DNA from: Chiloscyllium plagiosum
Taxonomy: Eukaryota
Assembly: GCF_004010195.1 (NCBI RefSeq)
Contig: NC_057720.1
Coordinates: 26,286,795 to 26,306,794 of the forward strand
Direction of reading: 5' to 3'
Length of the DNA stretch: 20,000 nucleotides
The notes below the pieces were generated by a model. The model did not search any database. It saw only the letters and a list, made by a program, of their open reading frames with translations, and was not told where the DNA came from. This document shows, piece after piece, positions 9,748-20,000 of the stretch. How positions within the stretch are numbered: position 1 is the first letter of the stretch; every line of letters begins with the position of its first letter. The translations under genes were made by a program, and so were the position numbers.

Positions 9748-9992
9748 CTGCTGCTCCTTGGATGCTGCCTGACCTGCTGCGCTTTTCCAGCAACACATTT
9801 TCAGCTCTGATCTCCAGCATCTGCAGTCCTCACTTACTCCTACATTTGAGATGAACTCATGTAAATCAGATTGTCCATAATTAGAATTCCAGATTATCTC
9901 GACCTGTGTGATTTGGGCTTTGAGTAGATGGAATAGCGGTAATAAGGTGATATTAATGGTCTTGGTAATGTTAATGAACATATAAAGAATAT

Positions 9993-11072
9993 GGGCTGAA
10001 TCTTAGCTTCTTTGACTCAAGGTCAGTTGTACTGAACGTTGTGGAGATTATTTTCCCATAAGTCCTAGTAATTGTTCTCATGTACCTTCCCAAACTTGCC
10101 TCAGTCACTACATATTCTGCCACCAGGGCAGCAATATGTCATGATTCTAGCCCCATTTTAAAACACACAGTTCCTCAAATAATCCACTGTTTCTAGGAAA
10201 ACCCAGAATTGACTGACATTGCTAATGCTGGTGCCATCTTTAAAATGCCACGGTGCACCCAGATAGGCACTGTCAGTCCACAGTTGCCCTGCATGGTTAA
10301 TGAAATTTGGTCCAGACATATCAGACAAGGGGAATTTGGTGTCTCATTTTGTGGGCAAGGGCTTGCAGCATCTGCTGGATGGGTTGGTATAGGGAATTGA
10401 ATTATCTGCTGAATGGAGTGGCACAGAGGCAGGATGTTGTGTCCCCCAGGACCAACGCAGGAGATCAAGACACCAGACCATGCAAAACTGGTTTGAGCTT
10501 GCCACCTGTGTCAATGCAGTCTCAGCTATCTGAGAATATCCAACAATGTCAGAAGAAGGCCAATGACATTTCCCACTCTGTCAGCACGAGTGTCACCATC
10601 TTCCCTCCAATACATTATATTTACTCTATCTCTGCAGTCGTACAAGGTCTCACCAAGGCTAATGCCTTACCACTCTCATTAATACCCATAATATCCTCTC
10701 TCATTCTCACCTACCCCAATCCAGATATCATCATCTCTGCATGTCCTCAGTGTTGCCTACTCACCTGCCCAGGCTACATCTCTGCCTTCACCAAAAGCAG
10801 CTGTGCCACCAACTTTCACCTTCCATACTATCCAACTCTCTCTCTCTTATTCAAGGAGTCCACAGTAGGACAGAAGGAGTCAAGACAAGTGGTCAGCTTC
10901 CAACGGGGCCTATTCCCGTGTTGTTGCTGGTTACTGTGGATTGCCCTGCAGTATCTCAAAGGCTTGCTATTTCTCAACTGCACAATCACCCAAAATCTCT
11001 CGATTTTCCTGTTGGTGAAGCATCCTTCTCTGAATTTTATGCTGAATCACTTCTGAAAAGATTTTCACACCC
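9993..11072 (+). mobile_element. Probable PIF/Harbinger-derived element with frameshifted Myb/SANT-like DNA-binding domain
   Basis: 10325-10570 reads across frames as KGNLVSHF...ELNYLLNGVAQRQDVVSP...QTMQNWFELATCVNAVS...NIQQCQKKANDI, matching the F..EL..LL..V..R..L.P...W..(V/I)A..V.A...QC.K..ND pattern. The TIR-like ends GGGCTGAATCTT / AAGATTTTCACACCC are weak, so the boundaries are uncertain. Confidence 0.55.
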
Positions 11073-11895
11073 TCCAGTTCGACACACTAAATTTTTATCA
11101 TTTATACCAATTATTTGAGTCAATGCCTGCTTGAGACGTATGATGTGTACTGGGGTTTGCCAGGTTCTATTATCATCGTTACCAAAATTGCTTTGTACAG
11201 GGTCAGCTACAGTATAATTGTAAACACTGCCATTTTAATTGCTGAATGTTAAACCTGCAATCGATTGGGTAATCAACTTATTCTTTTCTGATAAAGAACA
11301 ATTTGCCACAGCTAATTTGTTGGGTTTAAATGCAACAGAGATGCTGATGTGCTGAAAATCTCTCTCAGCTGGATGTTTGAGAAAGAGAGCTGTTGGGCCA
11401 GCTCCAACTATTTTCGAACAGGGAAGTGGCCACAAAAGAACAAAATAAAATCTACATCAAAACATTCTCATTCAGTCAAGGGATGGTGTTCTGGAAAATA
11501 AAATCAAAGTAAAACTGATCCAGCAAGAATAGATAGTCATATTATGACATATTTCATAGGAAAAACTAGAGGTCTCTAGATCCTGGTGTAATTAATCCAC
11601 TGGGAACACTCAGTGCTGTTGCTCACTAATATTGCTATTCCTTACTTTGCAGAACATCAAATTAATTCCCCACTGGAAAAGGAATTATACATGGGCTGCA
11701 GTTCTCAAGGCACGAGGCTGTGGATCAAGAAAGCAGTAATCTTATTTCAAAATATCATTGGACTGTTGAGAAGACATTCATGTGTGTAACCCCTTCACGT
11801 TTGAGATGCGTCTTGATACAATCTGTAAACTGGTGTTCTTTTGCCATTGGCGTGCAAGACTGGACTCTGTGAGAGATGGAGCTTTAGGATAACAT

Positions 11896-12860
11896 TGTTA
11901 TGGACAAAAACAGACCCCCTCAAAACATCTCAAGAAGGCAACCTGGTCCTTAACGTTTACTTATTGTAAAGGCAAATGTGAAGTGCCGTGTTCCAGATGC
12001 AATATGACTGGCCAAACTTCTCAGCATTAAGCAAAAATACAATTTATTCAAATATTATAGTCAAAATACAAACAAAAGAAAGAACTTGGAATAACTTAAC
12101 TCTATCTGAAAATGTAACCGAATACTAGCCACAGTAACTACCAGTAATTAACTGTTCCACTATGGCAACAATCCATAAACACACTCCTTGGCAAAAAGGC
12201 AAATTCAGACAGAGATTCTCACATGCAGTTCTCCAATCCAGGACGGATAAAAGAGAAAATTCAGAGAGAGTAGCAACCAGGAGACATTTGCTGAAGCTTT
12301 CAAATCTGTTGAGACCTCAATAGCTTCTGAGGCTACTGAGCAACCAAAACCCAGGAATCCTGATCTATGAGAGCTGGCTATACCCATTTAGGCTGTTAAG
12401 CAAAAACCCAAGACCTCCCAAGTCATTTACTCCTCTGTGCTGGGGTGGCATGGTGGCTCAGTGGTTAGCACTGCTGCCTCACAGCGCCAGGGACTCGGAT
12501 TTGATTCCAGCCTTGGGCAACTATCTGTGTGGAATTTGCATATTCTCCCCATGTCTGCATGGGTTTCCTCTGGGTGCTCTGGTTTCCTCCCACAGTCCAA
12601 AGATTTGCAGGTCAGGATGAATTGGCAATGCTAAATTACCCATCGTGCTCAGAGATGTGTAGGTTGGGGGAATGGGTCTGAATGGGTTCCTCTTCAGAGG
12701 GTCAGTGTGGACTTGTTGGGCTGAAGAGCCTGTTTCCACACTATAGGGATTCTATATCTAATCAAGTGATTTTGGTAACATCCTCAGTGCCTCTGCCTTA
12801 CAACCTCTCTTCAGAAAAAAAAGGACAAAATAACCTCTTAAAGTCCCAACATTTTGATTA
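11896..12860 (-). mobile_element. Probable solo LTR (interrupted by SINE)
   Basis: It starts with TGTTATGG, is non-coding, and has a minus-strand AATAAA at ~12043-12048. The right boundary and TSD are not resolved. Confidence 0.4.
12442..12763 (+). mobile_element. HE1-like SINE
   Basis: GGGGTGGCATGGTGGCTCAGTGGTTAGCACTGC head and GCCTGTTTCCACACTATAGGGATTCTATATCTAATC tail. Confidence 0.9.
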
Positions 12861-13083
12861 TAAATGCCCATTACTATAGTTGCACCTATGCCATGTCCCA
12901 TCTCACCAAATGACAGCCCTTTAATGAAAAGCTAATTGACCAATCTGTATTCATAATGATGTGACTTGACGACAGACACTAAAATTAACATGTAACCTTT
13001 TCAACGTCTGCTACAATAATTACCATGCCTTCATGAATCTAATATCCAATTGCTTGTTCTGTCACAGCTATCAGTTCAGCTGT

Positions 13084-13258
13084 AGACGGGCCGGAGGCTG
13101 GAAGAATACAGCAAGCCAGGCAGCATCGGGAGGTGGAGAAGTCACCCTATTGGGGGAAACGTTAACTTCTCCACCTCCTGATGCTGCCTGGATTGCTGTG
13201 TTTTTCCAGTGTCCTGCTTGTCTACCTTGGATTCCAGTACATGCAGTTTTTTTTGTCT
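13084..13258. mobile_element. Miniature PLE-terminus hairpin insertion
   Basis: Arms 13082-13144 and 13163-13225 are reverse complements, followed by a tail at 13226-13258. TSD CTATCAGTTCAGCTGT / CTATCAGGTCGGCTGT at 13068-13083 and 13259-13274. The sequence is similar to the end of the 4108-4666 PLE. Confidence 0.85.
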
Positions 13259-13729
13259 CTATCAGGTCGGCTGTGATACCATACGCATAAATAGATGAAG
13301 ATTGAAGGTCATTCTCTCCATTGTTAGAGTTGCCAACGAGAGACATTGACTAAGAATTGTGTCTGTGGAAAGTCTTCTTGCAGCTTTAAGTGCCCCTTAA
13401 GGCAGTTCAAATTATTGACTAGCCTACAATGCAATGCTCGAGAGCATTGAGAAGGCACCTATAAAGGGCTCTTATGGCACACAGTAAATGTAATCCTTTA
13501 GCAGTAAGTAGTACAGATGGAAATGTGTACAGGTGACTTCTCCCGAATCTGTCAACACTTGGGGAGGATATTTGTGGAACGTTATCAGGAGCAGCAAGAT
13601 GTTTTCTAATGTAGATTGCAAATGGAACAAAAGATGATCACAGCTGCAGTTTAGCAGTATCAAAATGATTAACAAACTGGCATTTTATTGGTGTTCAGCT
13701 GAAGGAAAAGTTTGACCACAACAATGAAC

Positions 13730-13930
13730 TTGTTACTGCTCTCCAAATAGTGCCACAGAATATTAAATTCCAAATCAACCCTTGGAACATGTTGCTCTGA
13801 TCCAGGATCAAGCAAAGAGCATTTAACAATGCAACCCTCTCGCAGCACTCTGTAGTGACGAGCTGGCCAATATTATATGCTCAAGTGTGGGACTAAAGAG
13901 TTTGAGATAAGAGTGCTACCTCATTAACAA
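13730..13930 (-). mobile_element. Highly decayed Deu-domain-type (DeuSINE-like) SINE fragment
   Basis: The minus strand contains GGTAGCACTCTT...AGTCCCAC...CTTGAGCATATAAT and GTGGCACTATTTGGAGAGCAG, resembling a DeuSINE head and core as I recall them. Confidence 0.4.
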
Positions 13931-15099
13931 AGGTACCATCAGATTGCAAGGCACAGGATTACATACTGTCCATAAGAAAACAAGGCCATAAGAAACAGAG
14001 CCAGCACACAAGCCTGTGCCACTACTCAATAAGATCATTGCTAATCTTTCATATAGTCTTTCACTTGTTCACCCAACCCTTAAACCATTTGATTCCCTGA
14101 GTGCTCTCTCTAAGCGGCACAGCTGTGCAGCCACTTTGAAGATTTGTGCACACCAGTTGAACGCCAATGCTATTCCCAGCATGAACTTCCGGTTTCTGAT
14201 GTCCTCAGAGTCCATGCAAAGGAAAATAAATTAGAACATAGCTTAATTGAAAGGTCAACCACATTCTCCAAGATAAGCAATGGTTGGCCTTCCCATGATA
14301 ATCATCTGTAAAAGATTTTTATTCCCTTTTGAGAATTTCCTTTTGAAGCACTGGAACCTCACTCATTAACCTTAGCAGAACATTTTTCTTAGCTAACCGT
14401 TCATCGTGATTCTCGTATTCTAAACATTTACATGACAGAGAGACTGTTTGCTCAGTCAATAAATCTCTTTGATGTGCTAACTGCATGAGAACATTGGCTA
14501 TCTGTGTGAAGATTTTTTACAAATCTTCTGCAGATCTTTTTTTCTCAGTCTGCCAGGTTTGATTATGTTTTGTGACTGCCATTAAGTGGGTTCTTTGTTC
14601 AGTAGTTCCTGCTCAGTAAATGTATTTCTCTAACTCCTCATCCATGTTAATGTTTTTAAGCTTTGTTGATTGTTTGACTTCCAAGATTTTCTGAGCTAGT
14701 ACAGGGATGCCGAATTTCTGTCATATGTGCTTATTCTTTCTCTTCTATATTAATGAAACTCTTTAAAGAAGAATGTTGAGGTTTCCTTATCAGGGGCACT
14801 GTATCTGAAGAGTGCAATAAGGTCCATGTGCTCTTCATCCAACAGATCATGTGTCTCTGTAGCAGTAACATACTTCTCCACTGTTTCCACAAAGACCAAG
14901 TTAAGGTCTAGACCCTTATCTTGAGACAAGTCACTATCATCCTTGCTTTCAACTCTTCTAGCACTTTTTTCAAAGAGAGATGCAAATTCGACAATACCCT
15001 CCTGTGGTCCTAGAGATGGCATTCCACCAATGAAGTCTGTCTGATTCGGAAATGACTCAGCTTTGATCTCCGCTGCAGCTGGTGAAGAAAGGAGGTTCA

Positions 15100-16415
15100 A
15101 AGCTATCTATGCAGATCCGATTAATAATTAATGACACTAATTAGGAATGACATTCAAGGTTTCTATAATCTCTGTTCCGTTGTAATGAAGTGTAGCATTC
15201 ATCTCATCGTTTACTCTGCACTTAGTACCTCCTGAGCTGAAAATAAAATGCTCTACAGATTTTTGGTCTCATCTACATAAATTGATACACCCCATATCTA
15301 ATTTGAAATGAACTTTTTTTTCACCATTCACTGTGAGATCTGTACAAGATAAATTGTCTTGCGGGTCTATCATATCACTTATTAAGAATGCATTTCAGTC
15401 ATTCCGGTCCTTGATAGCATTCACTTCTTGAACCATTGCAAACTGAAGCAATCTGCCTTTAAATTTGCAAGCGGCAGATTGAAAACTCATGTTGCTGCTT
15501 CAACAAACTGCCTGAAAATGGCCTATCCTGTAGCATGCTGAAAATGTGTTGCTGGAAAAGCGCAGCAGGTCAGGCAGCATCCAAGGAGCAGGAGGAAGGT
15601 GGTGCTGAGTTTGAGGGATTTGACTGAGACAAGGTGGGGGGAGGGGAAATGAGGAAACTGGAGAAATCTGAGTTCATCCCTTGTGGTTGGAGGTTTCCTA
15701 GGCGGATGATGAGGCGTTCTTCCTCCATCTATCCTGTAGCATACATAGCATTAATCATCAGTGATTTATCAGGTTTGGCACTGATGTGGGAGTTTTCTGC
15801 CAAAATGCAAACAAGATGGCAATGATGGCAGCGGTGCTGTCTCTCCGTTGTGGATTTTAATTTACTGGCCCACTGTTACCTCTCTGAATGAGTTAGGCTG
15901 AGTCAGAATCTGCAGTCTGCTTCAGGAAAATGTCTGCCCACTGGAATAAAAAGTTCATTTCACTCGCAAAGTTCAGCCTGTCTGACATACTGCACTTTTA
16001 TTTTTGTAACTTAAGATCTTTATGAGACAGTAAAAATTCTGATAGAGCTTCATCCATCACTCTTACTAAAATTGTCCTCTTCTTCCAACAAACAATAGTG
16101 GTAATTACCCATGAGGTGGTATAATTTGTCTACAAAGGAATCCATGGTTTCCCAGAAATCTGCTATGAAGTTGTTTATACTCTGCTGGATCTACAGTGAG
16201 GTTTCTCATTGTACTAAAATAGGAGTTTATAGCTTTGGCATCTTCATAAAGTATTGTTTCTTCTGCTATGCCTTACCTGTTGAAAGTTGGGCCAGCATCA
16301 CAGCCAGCAGCCTACAAAACACTAACATGGAGACCTGAAGCAGTATAGCATCCACTAAATCATCAATGTCTATTTAACCTGGTCAGGGCCCTCTCCATTT
16401 TCTGGGGAACCTACA
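15100..16415 (-). mobile_element. Decayed Ty3/Gypsy gag + aspartic protease
   Basis: The minus strand gives gag motifs QVSML..., YFSTMRNL..., GETMDSFVDKLYHL..., DEALSEFLLSHKDLKL...VRQAE. The CCHC knuckle CYVCYRIGHFQAVC (15750-15503) is restored after removing the PLE insert. Protease motifs are VNG..VHFKLDMG (~15290-15332; DMG is probably CpG-decayed DTG) and LLIG...ALNLL. Confidence 0.85.
15537..15728 (-). mobile_element. Short internally deleted PLE 3' fragment inserted into the gag zinc knuckle
   Basis: Perfect 14-bp TSD CTATCCTGTAGCAT at 15523-15536 and 15729-15742. It matches the 9240 arm with the central part deleted, and encodes EEERLIIRLGNLQPQGMNSDFSSF on the minus strand. Confidence 0.9.
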
Positions 16416-16419
16416 GTAA

Positions 16420-16816
16420 TAGAGTCGTAGAGATAGGCAGCATGGAAACCGACCCTTTGGTCAACTCATCCATGCCGACCAGATATCCTAGCCTAATTTA
16501 GTCCCATCTGCCATTGTTTGGCACATATTCCTCTAAATCATTCCTATTCATATAACCATCCATGAATGCTGCAATTGTACTAGCCTCCACCACTTCCTCT
16601 GGTAGCTCATTCCACACACGCATCACCCTCTGCATGAAAATGTTGGTCCTGCGGTCCCTTTTAAATATTTCCCCTCTCGCCCTAAACCTATGCCCTCTAG
16701 TTCTGGACTCCCCTGCCCAAGGGAAAAATACTTTGTCTATTTACCCTATCCATGCCCCTCATGATTTTATAAACCTCTATAAGGTCACCCCTCAGCCTCT
16801 GACACTCCAGGGAAAA
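16420..16816 (-). mobile_element. CR1/HER1-type LINE 3' fragment
   Basis: Closely similar to 17812-18230, including the ORF2 C-terminal remnant and 3' tail. Confidence 0.88.
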
Positions 16817-16870
16817 CATTATGGTCAGAGAAAGAAAGAAGAATCTAATAAATGGAAGGCTTCTTATTGC

Positions 16871-17170
16871 ATTAAGATTAGATTAGATTGCTTACAGTAT
16901 GGAAACAGGCCATTTGGCCCAACAAGTCCACACCGACCCTCCAAAGAGTAACCCACCCAAACCCAATTCCCTCTGACTAATGCACGTAACACTATGGGCA
17001 ATTTAGCATGGCCAATTCACCTGACCTGGAAATCTTTAGACTATGGGGCGAAACTCATGCAGACACAGGGAGAATGTGCAAACTCCACACAGACAGTTGC
17101 CCAACACTGGAATCAAACCTGGAATCCTAGCACTGTGAGGCAGCAGTGCTAACCACTGAGCCACCATGCC
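16871..17170 (-). mobile_element. HE1-like SINE
   Basis: (ATTAG)n tail and reverse-complement head GCTAACCACTGAGCCACCATGCCC. Confidence 0.9.
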
Positions 17171-17811
17171 ACCACTGCCTGGGCTATGTGACTGATGTAC
17201 TTCTTTACTTTTCTGTCCTCTTTTAAGCAATGCATGGATTTCCTTTATTGTACGTTTATGCATCTTTGTAAACTTCCCAGTTCCAGGAATTTATCAAACA
17301 CAGTGTGTGATTACTTTTTACTTGTTCTTTGTCATGTATACTGCAATGGGCCTTCTCCTGTGTGGGTTCCTTCCACCTCAGTTGAGTACCTAGATAAGAT
17401 TTGAAGTCCATGGCTTGCTGGCCCCTACCATTGCATTCCTCTTCAGGCAATTCCCCCACCTCTGGACTTGCACTGCTGAGCTGACCTCATGGTACCAGTA
17501 ATATAGTCCTGTGACTATGCTTTCTCTTCAGCCCTGACTGCCACTTGCCTCTGACTCTGTGGGTTTGGTCATTTTGCCATGTAGCAATATGAGGTCTACA
17601 CCCTATGAATGAACTTTATTGAGTATAACTTCATGCAGAGGATAGTAAGAACTAATATTGTAGCTTGAAAACGAGAGACCAATGTTCCAATTCCATGTGA
17701 TCTGACTTTGTTATGGCCTTGCTCCCTTAGCATGTGCTCTGTCGCTATTTTTACAGCAAAAGTATTATTCCCTTCATTCTTGATACACATCTTAATAGCA
17801 TCTGTCTTTTA

Positions 17812-18311
17812 GAGGTCATAGATTCATAGAGATGTACAGCATGGAAACAGACCCTTCGGTCCAACCTGTCCATACTGACCAGATATCTCAACCCAATCTA
17901 GTCCCACCTGCCAGCACCTGGCCCATATCCCTCCAAACCCTTCCTATTCATATACCCATCCTGATGCCTTTTAAATGTTGCAATTGTACCAGCCTCAACC
18001 ACTTTCTCTGGCAGCTCCTTCCATACATGTGCCACCCTCTGCGTGAAAACATTGCCCCTTAGGTCACTTTTATAACTTTCCCCTCTGACCCTAAACCTAT
18101 GCCCTCTAGTTCTGGACTCCCCCATCCAGGGAAAAGACTTCTGTCTATTTACCCTATCCATGCCCCTCATGATTTTATAAACCCTTATAAAGTCACCCCT
18201 CAGCCTCCGACGCTCCAGGGAAAACAGCCCCAGCCTATTCAAACTCTCCCTGTAGCTCAAATCCTCCAAACCTGGCAACATCTTTGTAAATCTTTTCTGA
18301 ACGGTTTCCAA
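17812..18311 (-). mobile_element. CR1/HER1-type LINE 3' fragment (ORF2 C-terminus)
   Basis: ORF 17898-18311 reads ETVQKRFTKMLPGLEDLSYRESLNRLGLFSLERRRLRGD...RTRGH...FTQRV..W..LP, the typical CR1 ORF2 end. A short-repeat tail lies at 17812-17835. Confidence 0.92.
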
Positions 18312-18629
18312 TTATAATTTCCAACTCCTATTCTTCTAAACTTGGCCCATTGAACTTGTGATCTTGATTGGAAGAAGCAGATTGCCAAAATATTTTTCCG
18401 AAGTTGCAGGATTAGGAGCTTCCAAATAAGTTTGATATATAAAAGAAGTGTAGAGGTTTATAGCACAGAGGCCTTTGGCCAAACACATGTAGCCAACTGT
18501 TTCTAATGCGTGACAAAGCAAATCCCACACCCATGCATTCTCCCTGTAGCAGATTTCCAGCTTCAAATATTGATCCATCACTGCATTGTTGCCAGCACTT
18601 CCCACCATCCCTCACTGTGATTGGGAAAC

Positions 18630-18730
18630 TGTCATGACCCATCCTGTTGAACTGCCACATTCCTCAGGTCGAGGTGCACTCACAGTGCCATCAGGAGGGG
18701 AGTTCCAGGATTTTGACACAATGACAGGGA
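18630..18730 (-). mobile_element. Short old LINE 3' fragment
   Basis: GGTGCACTCACAGTGCCATCAGGAGGGGAGTTCCAGGATTTTGAC encodes SKSWNSPPDGTVSAP on the minus strand, resembling a CR1-like ORF2 end (WNSLP). Confidence 0.4.
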
Positions 18731-19360
18731 ATATACTTTCTTATAGATCCAAGTGGGCTGAAACTTTCAGGCCCATTTGGATATTTCAGAATGGTAGGTG
18801 GGGTTAGCATTTGGGCAGGAGGCAAAAATTCAGTTTCCCAATGGCAGGCTACACCTTGTAATTAAGTTCACAGGACCTTATGGGCTGGTCAGCTTTCCCA
18901 ACCTTAATAGTTAGAAACCTCTTTTGCACTAATTGGTACCCTCGCTCACCAGAATTATCATCCCAGGTACAATCTTGTTAGTTATTAATGGACTCCATAT
19001 ATGAAGGGCGTACCCAACAGGATAAACTACATCCTCTAAATTTCAGCAGGTACACATTTCTTCAGTAATTTGGTTCATACAATACAATGCCCCCAAGACT
19101 GCTTAATCCTTATCACTAAGTAAGGCTCTTCAATTCTTTACATACTATAACATCCTTTAGTTGCATCTTTACATGTTAGGTTATAAACTATAGCAAGACG
19201 TTTTCCTTCCTTCAGATGCTCATTCTACATTGGTGTCTTCTTTGTTACTGATGCCAAGGTCATGTGATCAGTTATATCATTATGACCCTTATGACCATAT
19301 ACTGCAGTAGATGCAAAAACACATCATGGGCAAAATCACAGGACAACTCTTGACTGGAAT

Positions 19361-20000
19361 ATTACCTGCCCTCAATCTCTTCATTTCCAACTGCCGCCAG
19401 GACATTAACCGCCTCAACCTGTCTACCTCCCTCCCCCACTCCAACCTCTCACCCTCACAACGCGCAGACCTCCAATCCCTCTGCTCCAATCCCAACCTCA
19501 CCATCAGGCCAGCAGATAAAGGGGGCGCAGTGGTAGTCTGGCGCACTGACCTCTACATCACTGAAGCCAAACGCCAATTCGAGGACATCTCTTCCTACAG
19601 CCCCCACGACCATGACCCCACCCCCCATCACCAAACCCTCATCTCCCAGACCATGCAGACCTCATCACCTCAGGAGATCTCCCATCCACAGCTTCCAACC
19701 TCATAGTCCGAGAACCCCGCACTGCCCGGTTCTAACTTCTTCCCAAGATCCACAAGCCTGACCACCCTGGCCGACCCATTGTCTCAGCATGCTCCTGCCC
19801 CACTGAACTCATTTCTACCTACCTTGTCACTGTCCTATCCCCCCTAGTCCAGGAACTCCCCACATACGTTCGAGACACCACCCATGCCTTCAACCTCCTC
19901 CAAGACTTCCGTTTCCCCGGCCCCCAACACCTAATCTTCACCATGGATATCCAATCCCTCTACACCTCCATCCGCCATGACCAGGGCCTCCAAGCCCTCC
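19361..20000 (+). mobile_element. PLE reverse transcriptase fragment (pseudogenised; runs off window)
   Basis: SNLSPSQRADLQSL...TIRPADKGGAVVVW...; after a frameshift near 19655, RF*LLPKIHKPDHPGRPIVSACSCPTE...FTMDIQSLYTSI. These are the PLE RT DKG, PKIHK/RPIV and motif A sequences. Confidence 0.92.

Larger units (their letters stand above)
9240..9840. mobile_element. Non-coding PLE-terminus inverted-repeat insertion (arms 9239-9504 and 9541-9806, tail 9807-9840)
   Basis: The ~266-bp arms are reverse complements with a 36-bp spacer. A 15-bp TSD TACAC/TTTGAGATGAA lies at 9225-9239 and 9841-9855 (1 mismatch). Confidence 0.9.

Noticed and set aside
10307..11056. 249-aa ORF as an intact gene
   Set aside because: It has a non-ATG start, the only recognisable motif is split across frames, and the rest is C/T-rich sequence with no recognisable domain.
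11235..11435. 66-aa minus ORF as a host exon
   Set aside because: No recognisable domain and no convincing splice-site pair.
13033..13346. Two opposite-strand ORFs with near-identical peptides
   Set aside because: This is an artefact of the DNA inverted repeat.
15450..15480. AATCTGCC...GGCAGATT hairpin between gag and protease as a recoding signal
   Set aside because: Only an 8-bp stem in heavily decayed sequence, with no properly placed slippery site identified.
3213..16415. Gypsy pol (+) and gag-pro (-) as one element
   Set aside because: They are on opposite strands 7 kb apart, each has its own protease C-terminal region, and I found no shared LTRs.
18755..18900. GGGCTGAA start resembling the 9993 element end
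   Set aside because: Only ~8 bp similarity and no partner terminus found.

Overview
Eukaryotic, repeat-dense non-genic DNA, almost certainly from a cartilaginous fish (shark/ray), judged from several HE1-type tRNA-derived SINEs and CR1/HER1-type LINE 3' ends. I found no intact host exon, RNA gene or CRISPR array. The window is a stack of nested decayed transposons. It holds at least nine Penelope-like element (PLE) pieces (RT and GIY-YIG remnants), most with 12-17 bp target-site duplications (TSDs). There is an old Ty3/Gypsy pol (+, ~3213-7795) and a Gypsy gag-protease (-, ~15100-16415), six HE1-like SINEs, two other SINEs, CR1 fragments, a probable solo LTR and a Harbinger-like Myb/SANT remnant. 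The most notable pattern is a set of TSD-flanked PLE insertions built as long inverted repeats. Their termini carry minimal type-I hammerhead-ribozyme-like motifs with covarying stem II, and one arm always lacks a 33-47 nt terminal tail. A second oddity is that the Gypsy gag-pro is followed by an unrecognised coiled-coil-like reading frame instead of RT. All calls come from manual reading; no database searches or folding were run.
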